This document shows, piece by piece, positions 11,526-22,189 of a DNA stretch of 61,644 nucleotides (the first letter of the stretch is position 1; the number at the start of each line of letters is the position of its first letter). Under the pieces are notes generated by a model. The model saw only the letters and a list, made by a program, of their open reading frames with translations. It ran no database searches and had not been told where the DNA came from. This DNA is from Octopus bimaculoides (Eukaryota), in NCBI RefSeq assembly GCF_001194135.2, contig NC_068984.1:94984988-95046631 (forward strand), read 5' to 3'. The translations under genes and the position numbers were made by a program.

Positions 11526-12840
11526 NNNNNNNNNNNNNNNNNNNNNNNNNNNNNNNNNNNNNNNNNNNNNNNNNNNNNNNNNNNNNNNNNNNNNNNNNNN
11601 NNNNNNNNNNNNNNNNNNNNNNNNNNNNNNNNNNNNNNNNNNNNNNNNNNNNNNNNNNNNNNNNNNNNNNNNNNNNNNNNNNNNNNNNNNNNNNNNNNNN
11701 NNNNNNNNNNNNNNNNNNNNNNNNNNNNNNNNNNNNNNNNNNNNNNNNNNNNNNNNNNNNNNNNNNNNNNNNNNNNNNNNNNNNNNNNNNNNNNNNNNNN
11801 NNNNNNNNNNNNNNNNNNNNNNNNNNNNNNNNNNNNNNNNNNNNNNNNNNNNNNNNNNNNNNNNNNNNNNNNNNNNNNNNNNNNNNNNNNNNNNNNNNNN
11901 NNNNNNNNNNNNNNNNNNNNNNNNNNNNNNNNNNNNNNNNNNNNNNNNNNNNNNNNNNNNNNNNNNNNNNNNNNNNNNNNNNNNNNNNNNNNNNNNNNNN
12001 NNNNNNNNNNNNNNNNNNNNNNNNNNNNNNNNNNNNNNNNNNNNNNNNNNNNNNNNNNNNNNNNNNNNNNNNNNNNNNNNNNNNNNNNNNNNNNNNNNNN
12101 NNNNNNNNNNNNNNNNNNNNNNNNNNNNNNNNNNNNNNNNNNNNNNNNNNNNNNNNNNNNNNNNNNNNNNNNNNNNNNNNNNNNNNNNNNNNNNNNNNNN
12201 NNNNNNNNNNNNNNNNNNNNNNNNNNNNNNNNNNNNNNNNNNNNNNNNNNNNNNNNNNNNNNNNNNNNNNNNNNNNNNNNNNNNNNNNNNNNNNNNNNNN
12301 NNNNNNNNNNNNNNNNNNNNNNNNNNNNNNNNNNNNNNNNNNNNNNNNNNNNNNNNNNNNNNNNNNNNNNNNNNNNNNNNNNNNNNNNNNNNNNNNNNNN
12401 NNNNNNNNNNNNNNNNNNNNNNNNNNNNNNNNNNNNNNNNNNNNNNNNNNNNNNNNNNNNNNNNNNNNNATATGTATGCATATACATCTCTCTCTCTCTC
12501 TCTTTCTCTCTTTCTCTCTCTCTCTGAAAGTATCTGTCATTACAGTATCGAAATGTGATTGTTTCAGTTAGTGGAATAGTTTCATTTTTAAAGTGAAAGT
12601 ATTTGACATGAGTGTTTTTGTTTCACTTTTGACACGTAATACTTAAATAGTGGAGGAGATATTATGTTGCCGTGGGCTCGAACTCTGCAAGAAGTTTAAA
12701 AAATTTTTGACTAAAACACAACTGGAACCCTAAGTAAGGCATCTGTAAAATTTGAATGAAATTGGTTGCGTAGTTCTCAAGTTTTAGGGATTCACACACA
12801 CACACACACAGACACACATTCTCATTTTTATATATATAGA
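11419..12840 (-). mobile_element. Non-autonomous Helitron with (CA)n tracts, spanning a gap
   Basis: On the minus strand the 5' end is A|TCTATATATATAAAA and the 3' end is hairpin CCCGG-GCAACG-CCGGG followed by CTAG|T, i.e. an A^T target with no TSD. The two ends could belong to separate copies across the gap. Confidence 0.8.
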
Positions 12841-14582
12841 TTACAATAGGGTGTGATTTAAGGAAAAGGAGACTGCTATTTTTAGCACGTCTGGTGACCG
12901 CTCATATCCTCATCCTTTGACTTACGTTTGTGTGTTGTATAATGATTCACTTTATAAAAACTTACTGTTCAGTGTACACTTTGAGTCATGGTAACATTAT
13001 CAAAGTTCTTTGAATCAATCACAAGAGGAACAACCAGCTTTATTTTGTTTTCGGTATTCTTTCGGTTTATGATCACAAATCAAAGTGGGAAATTATCCTA
13101 AAAGTTGAAATTTTGAAGCGTTGAATTTTGGAAAAGAAGAAAAAAATCAGAATTGTAATATCCGTATTTTTAAAAGGGATGTCTCTAAAATATTTCCGAA
13201 AAAGAGTTAAAAGCGAAAATTTGTGGAGATGGGATGGAATGAAAAAATTTGAATAGCAGTTTTTGGGGTTTTTTTTTTCGCTCAAATCGTTATCTCCGTT
13301 GTTGATAACATAGCAAATCCGAAGAAATTTTTAAATGAACAAATGAATAAACTATGGATGGGGTGCCATTCAACACGTCCACCTAGACATTACCAAATAG
13401 TATCTATATTTCCACTTTCTATTTGTGATCGCAAACCAAAAGAATAAAAGCGCACCAGACAGTTGACTGTCTGAATTGATAAAATATCTCTCAGTCGACG
13501 ATTCTTGAGCTTCATCTCATCACATGCTATTATACTAAGCAGTGCACTGAATAACCTTGGTTTACTTTACCTGGTAGTCGAGAAACAAGGCAATATGAGA
13601 CGAAGACTGATTTATTGGTGGAAAACGACAATCTGGATGTCTAATGTGTATGGTAGTTTAATAGCTTACAGTCCTGGTTTCGAATCCAAATACAAGAACA
13701 ATGTTTGGAATATTATTAACATTTGTTCTATTATTTTTTTCGTTAATTGATAATTATGGTTCTATATTTTATAATTTCTTCCATATATTTTATAAAATTC
13801 TTAAGTTTAGTGATATTTTTCAAATATCAAGAATAATTAAATGCCGATGTTTTCTTTGTTGTGCTTTTTATTCTTTTCCATTGAAACATCCACGAATTCA
13901 ACTTTTTCGTGTCGTTTCTTGTTAATTTTTTCCATTCCTATTTTTGAATGTCTTATTTAGTTATGATTGAACATGGCCGACAAATGCTTTTGAGAAGTAC
14001 ATAGTGAGAAAAATGGTTCCGCTTTCTGATTCATTAGAACGGGTAAGTCATTTGTTTACAGTGAACTTACTACTAGAGGTACAAACTCTGGAAATGCTGC
14101 ATTAATCGCTGCAAATATTAGGTTGCATTATATCTATAACTGTATTTAAAAGTGATGTATAAAACAACACAGATGTTTCCAGCAAACCTCTTTTTTTCTC
14201 TATCTGTCGTTTTATTTCTATGTGAGTGTCTATCTGTACCCATATCATGTTTAACACGGCCAAGCAGACGAATTCTGTTACTTCCATTTTGTTATTGTTG
14301 ACATTATCTTTCCTTTTCTTGCACATCTTAATTAACAAAGGTTGTCTCAAAACATGTCCTTAACATTTATGCTATGATTAGTGTACCAGTCATCTACTTC
14401 GAGAACAACAACAACTAAAAAAAACGAGAGATACTTGCTACTTCATAACATGTACTGAAGTATTGAACAACTGAAAACTGATTAGGTGGAAAAATCTTCG
14501 TGGGAAAATAAAACAAATACCTGCTAATATTTTATGATATTCAAATCACTAAGTAGCAATAAACAACATCAACAATGGTTTC

Positions 14583-14675
14583 AGATTTTGGCACAAGGCC
14601 AGCAATTTTAGTGGGAAGATATTAGTCGATTACATCGACCCTAGTACCTGGTTGGTATCGTCCCCGAAAGAATCA
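14583..14675 (-). mobile_element. SINE 3' fragment, probably related to the 3939 family
   Basis: gtcgattacatcgaccctagtacc...tcgtccccgaaag is the reverse complement of the SINE central box. Confidence 0.5.
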
Positions 14676-15580
14676 TTAATAGTAATTGCAATTTCTGATT
14701 GATCTCAAGGCTCACATCTGTTCCGATCGTTAGTATTGAAGTCTCATTCAGCCTTTATTCATACATATCATTTTTTGTTGAAAATGTTCAAGTTAGGTGT
14801 GTGTATGTGAGAGTGTGGAGAAAGCGCTTTATAAATAACAGGAAAAGAAAGTAATTAGTTTGATTATTCTTTTCCTTTCTTTATTTGCAATCTGAAAGTA
14901 AATTGATAAAACAATACACGAGTTGGGAAAGATTTCCAGCAAATGTATTCTTTATTATCGTTCATCGATTCATACAAAGAAACAAAACAGACACATCTAC
15001 GCTCGACAATCGTTAATTATGTCTCTTCCTGAGACTGAGAATTAAAGACTTCAAATGCATACTCTGCTCCAACACTCTCGCTCTAGACTTCAATTAAAAA
15101 TTGGAATTCTACATTTTTTTTACCATTGATCAGTATTCACTGGGAATGTTTACTGCTCCCCTAAAGTGGAAGAGTTATTTTAAAAGTAGGTCACGACGGA
15201 ATTAGACAATTGGATGTGAAAATTCCGTGACTAGACACATAGACTTTAATCATCTTTGAACTTCTCTTCGTTTCAAGATTTCACCATATCAACTGCTGCA
15301 AATTTTTGCAGTTTTTTACTAAATGCTTTTTTTCAAACTTCCCTTATATTCTTGTCTCGTGTTTCTAAAATAATCAATTTTAAACCTAATTGTCGGAATT
15401 TATGTGTACGTGTTATGTAAGATCTCTCTCTCTCTCTCTCTCCTCACTCGATATATATGTGTGAGAGTGAGTGTATATGTATATATATATAAATATATAT
15501 GTATGTATATATATATATATATCTGTTTGTGAGCATATTATATGTATGTATATGTATGTGTGAGTGTGTATATATATATA

Positions 15581-16795
15581 TCAGGCTGAGTAAAGAGTAG
15601 GCAACGTTTTGAAATGTGTAATTCATCACATATTTCAACAATGCAGAAATGTTATTCATCAAAATAAGTACCATTACAATCAGCACATTTTTGCCAATGA
15701 GTTATAAGTTTGTTTATTCTGTTAACATAAAAATCTGGAGTTCTGGGGGTGATGGACTCTTTGAATGCACTTTCAGCATCAGTTTGATTTTTGAACTCCT
15801 CTTGCAGGAAACCATCAAGGTGCTGGGAAAAGTGGTAGTCGGTAGGAGAAAGGTCTGGGGAATAAGCTGGATGGAGAAGAACTTCGTAGCCAAGTTCCCT
15901 CAACTTCTGGAGTGTCATTAGTGAAATGTGTGGTCGAGTATTATGATGAAGAATGATTGGCCCTCTTCTGTTGACCAGTCTGGGACAGAGGAGTAGCAGT
16001 TTTTCATTCATTTTGGCAATTTCATGGCAATATGTTTCTGCAGTAATGGACACCACCAAACAGTCACCATAACCTTCTTTTTGAAGAGCTCAGGTTTAGG
16101 GAAAATTTAAAGTGCTTTATTTTGGTTCAACTACTGCGAGTTTTTTACTATTGTACAGAATTCACTTTTCAATGCAAGTTATGATACAGTCAAGAAATGG
16201 ATTGGTCTGGTTATGGAGAAGAAGCGACGAGCAAATTTCATATCTACACATTTTCTGATTTTCATTCAAATTGTGTGCTACCCATTTGTCAAACTGTTTT
16301 GAATTTCCAATCACATGCAAATGGTTGTAGACAGTTTTCTAGCTAACTTGAAGTTCTTTTGCCAATTCTTGAGTGGTTTTACATGGATCTTCCTCAATGA
16401 TGGTCTTTAATTGACTGTCATTGATGACAGATGGGTGTCTACTACGCTCACGATCTCCACTGCGAAATCGTTTAAACCATTTTCGAGCTGACCACTCACT
16501 GGTCTTTCCTCACCAAACATTTTGTTGATATCACAAGCAGTTTCAGCTGCTTTACATCCATTTTTGAAGTTGAATAGCAAAATTGCTTAGATATCACACT
16601 TTGACATTTCCATTTCAGATGATTGTAACAACGGTGAAAAAATATCAATGTTAATTTATTGATGCATTTGGGTAAGTCTTTGTCTATATTATCAGACAAT
16701 TTAAAAGAAAATGTTTGCAAAAATTCAAAATTCTGCAAAAATCTCGTACAAATTTTTCATGATTCAAAGCGTTGCTTACTTTTTATTCAACCTGA
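15581..16795 (-). mobile_element. Tc1/mariner (mariner DD34D-type) transposon, internally deleted
   Basis: 33-bp TIRs with 5 mismatches (tcaggytgartaaaragtargcaacgytttgaa) and TA on both flanks. ORF 15652-16059 has LHHNTRPH, HPAYSPDLSPTDYHF and WQKCADCNGTYFD. Confidence 0.93.
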
Positions 16796-16812
16796 TATAT
16801 ATGTATATGTAT

Positions 16813-18027
16813 GTCATCATCATCATCATCATCATCACCGTTTAACGTCCGCTTTCCATGCTAGCATGGGTTGGACGATTTGACTGAGGACTGGTGAATC
16901 AGATGGCTACACCAAGCTCCAATCTGATTTGGCAGAGTTTCTACAGCTGGATGCCCTTCCTAATGCCAACCACTCTGAGAGTGTAGTGGGTGCTTTTACG
17001 TGCCACCAGCACGAAGGCCAGTCAGGAGGTACTGGCAACGGCCACACTCGAAATGGTGTATTTTACGTGCCATCAGCACAGAAGCCAGTCCAGCGGTACT
17101 GGCAATGAACTCGCTCGAATGTTTTTTCACATGCCACTGGCACAAGTACCAGGAAGGTGACGTTGGTAACAATCAAGCTCAAATGGTGCTATTTACATGC
17201 CACCGGCACAGACAGCTGGTGCTCTGGCAACGATCACGCTCGGACGGTGCTCTTAGTGATCTACTGGTACAGGTGCCATCACGATTTCGCTTTTGCTTGC
17301 CCCAGCAGGTCTTTGCAAGCCGAGTTTAGTGTTCAATAAAGAGACGTTGGCATGGGTGCCAGTCTACAAATTTAGTTCGATTTCGATTTCACTTGCCTCA
17401 AGACGGGTTCCCTCAACCGCTTGGGTGTTGCACTTTTTCACACAGCTATCCTCATCCATTCTCGCCACAAATCCATACCAGCGCAATCGTCTCTCTTGCA
17501 CACCACAACTGATGCTTCTTAGGTTCAGCTTTATTCTCAAGATACTTACACTGTCTCGGGTATGCACACTGACATTATTCATCTATCGGAGCATACTGGC
17601 TTCATTCCTTGCAAGCTTATGCATGTCGTCAGCAGTCACAGCCCATGTTTCACTGCCATGAAGCATGGCTGTTCGTACACATGCGTCATACAGTCTGCTT
17701 TTTACTCTGAGTGAGAGGCCCTTTGTCACCAGCAGAGGTAAGAGCTCTTTGAACTTTGCCCAGGCTATTCTTATTCTAGCAGCTACACTTTCAGTGCACC
17801 CGCCCCCACTACTAACTTGGTCACCCAGATAACGGAAACTATCAACTACGTCTAGTTTTTCTGCCTGGAATGTGACAGAATTTGTTTTCTGCACATTTTC
17901 AGTGTTTATTGCACCTGAACATCTGCCACATAAAAAAACTAACTTCCTAGTTAACCTGCCTTTGATATTGCTGCACCTCTTATGTGTCCATAGCTTGCAC
18001 TTGGTACATCTTATAGGGTTTCTACCT
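16813..18027 (-). mobile_element. RTE-clade LINE, 3' part
   Basis: CTKCKLWTHKRC..CGRC, DSFRYLGD, LYDACVRTAMLHGSETW. The 3' UTR ends cggacgttaaacg + (ATG)n. Confidence 0.92.
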
Positions 18028-18478
18028 NNNNNNNNNNNNNNNNNNNNNNNNNNNNNNNNNNNNNNNNNNNNNNNNNNNNNNNNNNNNNNNNNNNNNNNNN
18101 NNNNNNNNNNNNNNNNNNNNNNNNNNNNNNNNNNNNNNNNNNNNNNNNNNNNNNNNNNNNNNNNNNNNNNNNNNNNNNNNNNNNNNNNNNNNNNNNNNNN
18201 NNNNNNNNNNNNNNNNNNNNNNNNNNNNNNNNNNNNNNNNNNNNNNNNNNNNNNNNNNNNNNNNNNNNNNNNNNNNNNNNNNNNNNNNNNNNNNNNNNNN
18301 NNNNNNNNNNNNNNNNNNNNNNNNNNNNNNNNNNNNNNNNNNNNNNNNNNNNNNNNNNNNNNNNNNNNNNNNNNNNNNNNNNNNNNNNNNNNNNNNNNNN
18401 NNNNNNNNNNNNNNNNNNNNNNNNNNNNNNNNNNNNNNNNNNNNNNNNNNNNNNNNNNNNNNNNNNNNNNNNNNNNNN

Positions 18479-18568
18479 TCCTGTTTGCCAAGGGAGTTAT
18501 CCCTCTCACCTCGACCACGTTCGTGCTGCTGGTCGAGGTGAGAGGGATAACTCCCTTGGCAAACAGGA
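18479..18568. repeat. Perfect 39-bp inverted repeat with a 12-nt loop at a gap edge
   Basis: tcctgtttgccaagggagttatccctctcacctcgacca followed by its exact reverse complement. Confidence 0.9.
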
Positions 18569-18721
18569 CACAGTCGTGTGTCGATAAGCCAGCTGGAGGA
18601 GATGTCCTCCTGGGGCTAAAAGCAACAGTAACATCCACCCCTAGGGGTCAGCCACACTTAAGTGGCAATATACTACACTTTATCGTGCAGTTACTGTTAA
18701 TACTTCATTTAGAGAATTAAC

Positions 18722-18761
<40 letters not shown>

Positions 18762-20311
18762 TTAGAAGGTTGTCATGGCCAGTCAGAGAGTGACCATTGG
18801 CTTCATACCTATAAGGTGCTTAGCTTTATAGGCGACTTATCAGGCTCAAATAGCCAGAGGCACAGTACTGCTCTACAACTGGAGGAAGAAAAATGTCATG
18901 GTCAGTTAATTTAGTAAACAAATTCTGGAACTGCTTGCATTTCCTTATTAGCAAAAGGTGAATTAAGTTTTCTTGTTGACTTTTTTTGGAAGATTGTTGA
19001 GCATGTCTAAGTCATCTCTTATGAAACTTCTAATAGCTTGAGCAGGATATCCAAAAAATTACTCAGGCAATAAGTTTTGCAAACAGATTGTTAGATGAGG
19101 GGACATTAAAGTGTATGTCAGTGGTTCCTTTGCATGCCTCTCTATTAGTTTTTCACTATTGTGAACCTGTGGTATGCCATAGAACACACTAGATCTACAT
19201 CAGAAATTGGTTATATAATTGTATTCCTTATCAGTGAGTCCTTCTCAATATAAGCTTATTAATGTTTTAACGTGCCTCATTATTTTTTGTCCGGCCTTTT
19301 TGTAGTAATGCATCATCTTCTAATATGGTTAACACAAGATTTTTATAGTAATCTGCATTTCCTTTATCATCCTATTTAATTGTTATTTTTTTATCATCTT
19401 TAAATTTGTTTAGCTCATTCCATTCACATTTACTGAAGTTTGGTTGTGTTTTTGCTTGATGTAGGTAATTCAAAATGTATTCACAGAAATTGTCAAGGAT
19501 TTTGTTCTTACCTCTTGGTATGATAAAGTTACTGTTGTTTCTTACTATTCACTCATCGTCATTGTTTTTGTCATACAATTGGTGAGTCTTAATTTTCTAC
19601 AGAATTCAGAAATGTCATCTTTCATTTCATTGTAGTTGGGTCATTGAGGGGTTGGTGTGAATTTGAGCCCTTTAAAGAGTATGCTACTTTGTTGTGTTGT
19701 TAATTCTTTGCTTGATAAATTAATGATTTTAAATATTTTTGGTTTATCTTGAATTTATGATACAACCAAGTATCTGTTTCTGTGGATGGGGTCTAAAAAA
19801 TGGTTAACGTAGCCAGTTTGGTTGATATTATTAATGTGTCTCTTATTGTTGTAATTTATTGCATGGATTTGTGGTATAGGATTGTTTTGTGAGTCTGAAT
19901 TTCACATTCCATTGGTGTATTTTGGGAAGAGTTTGTTGGTATGAATGGCATAGGTTTGTTGTAAAAGATTGTACAGCAATTTTTTTTTAGATATAAGTTC
20001 TGTTGGTATGTTTCCTGATAATTTCATTGATTGTTTCTCCTTATGGGAAGGAAGTTGTAATGTCAACCTTGAGAGCGCCTTTCTTTCCCTAAGTTGTTTT
20101 TGTGCTTCTGGTTTTTCTAGGATGGGTTTTATTTGGTGCTTGTGGGGTAGAATTATTGGTGTTGAGTTGACCCATTTTTCATATATAGGGTGGCCCAAAA
20201 GTAGGTTTACAGTTATTCAACTATCTCTTTCACAGTTCTATATTTAGGAGATGAGAAATTATGTATATTACTTACATTTGACGGATATTTGTCCTCATCT
20301 TGTTTGTTGTT

Positions 20312-20354
20312 AACACGTTTTGGCTGATATACCCTCCAGTCTTCATCAGGTGTC
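20312..20354 (-). ncRNA. Degenerate minimal hammerhead ribozyme motif
   Basis: gacac CTGATGA a gactg..cagcc AAAA cgtgtt. G12 is changed to A and 3 nt are deleted relative to the other arm. Confidence 0.6.
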
Positions 20355-20530
20355 TTGAGGAAATTTTGTACCTGGGCTCTCATTCCTAAGGTATTTTTCG
20401 ATGTTATTATTATTATTATTCAGGTCACTACTTGGAATCAAACTCAGAATCTTGAGGTTAGTAACCCCCTCTCTTAACCACTATGCCATATACCCAGCCC
20501 ATACTCTTAACTACTATGCCATGTGCCCGT

Positions 20531-20602
20531 GGGCATATGGCATAGTGGTTAAGAGTGTGGGCTACTAACCTCAAGATTCCAAGTTCGATTCCAAGCGGTG
20601 AT

Positions 20603-20603
<1 letters not shown>
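20531..20603 (+). promoter_or_regulatory. tRNA-derived Pol III-type head (A and B boxes), not a functional tRNA
   Basis: TGGCATAGTGG (A-box), TTAAGAG, GGG-CTACTAA-CC (anticodon-arm-like), GTTCGATTCC (B-box). The acceptor stem is incomplete. Confidence 0.75.
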
Positions 20604-20654
<51 letters not shown>

Positions 20655-20701
20655 TCAAAAAATACCTTAGGAATGAGAACCTAGGTTCGAAATTTCCCCA
20701 A

Positions 20702-20747
20702 GACACCTGATGAAGGCTGGAAGGTATATCAGCCGAAATGTTGTGTT
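20702..20747 (+). ncRNA. Minimal type I hammerhead ribozyme motif
   Basis: Stem I GACAC/GTGTT, core CTGATGA + extra A, stem II GGCTG/CAGCC, GAAA, very short stem III, GUU cleavage triplet. Confidence 0.75.
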
Positions 20748-21455
20748 AACAATAAACAAGATGAGGACAAATATCCGTCAAATGTAAATAATGTATCTCT
20801 TTCACATTCATATATTAACAGTTTAGATCTTAATTATAAAAAAATATGAAACCATTATTCTATGCTAATTTAGTTACTTTTGTCAAGCTTCCTTTTCAGT
20901 TTGTAAGATAGAAATTTAAATGTAATAAGATGTTTTTAAAGAAATTTAAAGTGCTTACTTGATAACTGTAAACCTACTTTTGGGCCACCCTGTATATCTG
21001 CTTTGTTATCTTCTTTTAATAATCTTCCAAAATGCAAATTTTTCTCTCCCCAAGGAATTTTTTTTCATTATTTTCCATTATTGTAACATGTAGTTTTTAT
21101 TGTATTTATGTCATGTGTTTTGTCATTTTGATGACCTTGCATTATTTTCCAAGATTTTTGTTGATTTTGGATATTGTGTTTCTGGTTTCAATTTCCTCAT
21201 TCTTTTCATCTGGAGGCCTGTGTATTGTATTGAGCTTGTTGATAATCATTATTAGGTTTGTGTTGGTTTTCTTTAATTGTTTCATTTTTTTTCTTCATTA
21301 ATACTTAGGATTGATGTCCCATTTTATTGGCATTTTCTGTTCCTCTTGTGGTAAATGATATTTAAAATGTTAAGAAGTTACACATGAGTAAATATATATT
21401 GAAAAACTAAGAAAATGAAAATGCTTAGTGAACTTTATCGTGAAAAGAAAGTATG

Positions 21456-21492
21456 TACCGGTTTCGGTTGTTTAAGATGACCTCTTCATGCT
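21456..21492 (-). ncRNA. Degenerate hammerhead motif upstream of the PLE ORF
   Basis: agc ATGAAGA GGT..ACC GAAA CCGG TA. Palindromic stem III (ACCGGT), C3 altered, no stem I partner visible. Confidence 0.45.
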
Positions 21493-22189
21493 GAAATACA
21501 TGAACTTCCAGATGTGATATTATGCAAGTTTAATTTAATTTAATTTTTCTTTCCATTTTGTTCTGGTAGGTATGTAGGTAGCGTTGCGAGAGTGTGAATG
21601 GAGAGTGACAGACAGAGGAAGAGAGAAATGGAAGCTATGAATAGTGAACATGGATGGAAATGTGTCTTGTTTCGAAAGAATGTAAAGAGATTAAGAGTAG
21701 GTCATAGAGTGGGAGACAATAAGTAATAATACATACATAAAAAAGCTGGGTGGAGAACAACAGTATAATAAAACCATAGATAGATGAGATAAGGTAAAGT
21801 GTTAGGGAATATAGAAGGTGCATAGTGACAGATGCAAAGGTACATAGGGGTGGATAGAGTGAGTTACAAAAAGGGGCATCAATAACAGATATCAGGTGTT
21901 CAAGGGAAAGGAGCATTCAGTGGACATATAGTGGTAAGGGATGATGTGAATATGGGATAGGTGGCAAAGGAAGTGGCTCCAAGAAGATGGATTATTGGTA
22001 ACATAAAAAGGGGGAAGAAATATGTGCAGTTCTGCTTTTATATAATTATAACAACTAAGAAATAGTACTGTAGTGAGAGGAGTGTGTTATGAAGGTGAGT
22101 TTCTGGGAAGGCTTAACATATAAAGATTAGGTGTATAGACATGAACAATAAGCTTTTAGGATCTCAAGAAGAGCTGTCCATCTCAATAT

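Larger units (their letters stand above)
20234..20794. mobile_element. Head-to-head inverted duplication of a PLE terminal repeat (tRNA-like head, (AAT)n, hammerhead)
   Basis: Both arms align with 47431-47709. The centre of symmetry is tgccc-gt-gggca near 20529-20530. Confidence 0.9.
20186..20992. mobile_element. Tc1/mariner-type MITE
   Basis: TIR (c/t)agggtggcccaaaagtaggtttacagttat at both ends with a TA duplication. Confidence 0.88.
18930..21360 (-). mobile_element. Penelope-like element, N-terminus and RT, degenerate, interrupted by a MITE
   Basis: IINLSSKELT..ILFKGLKFTPTP (about 19650-19720), NFSKCEWNELNKFKDDKKITIK*DDKG, FYGIPQVH, LSNFLDILLK..FIRDDLDML. Confidence 0.75.

Noticed and set aside
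11438-12571. Long ORFs spanning N runs (also 17583-18720, 35736-36574, 43072-43646, 46450-47443)
   Set aside because: Their length is an artefact of gaps and microsatellites
18570-18700. Possible HDV-like ribozyme in a putative RTE 5' UTR (GGCTGA/TTAGCC pairing on the minus strand)
   Set aside because: The P1.1 GG, P4 and J4/2 elements could not be placed in the required order
20531-20603. Functional tRNA-Ser gene
   Set aside because: No proper acceptor stem or long variable arm, and it is embedded in a repeat, so it is tRNA-derived only
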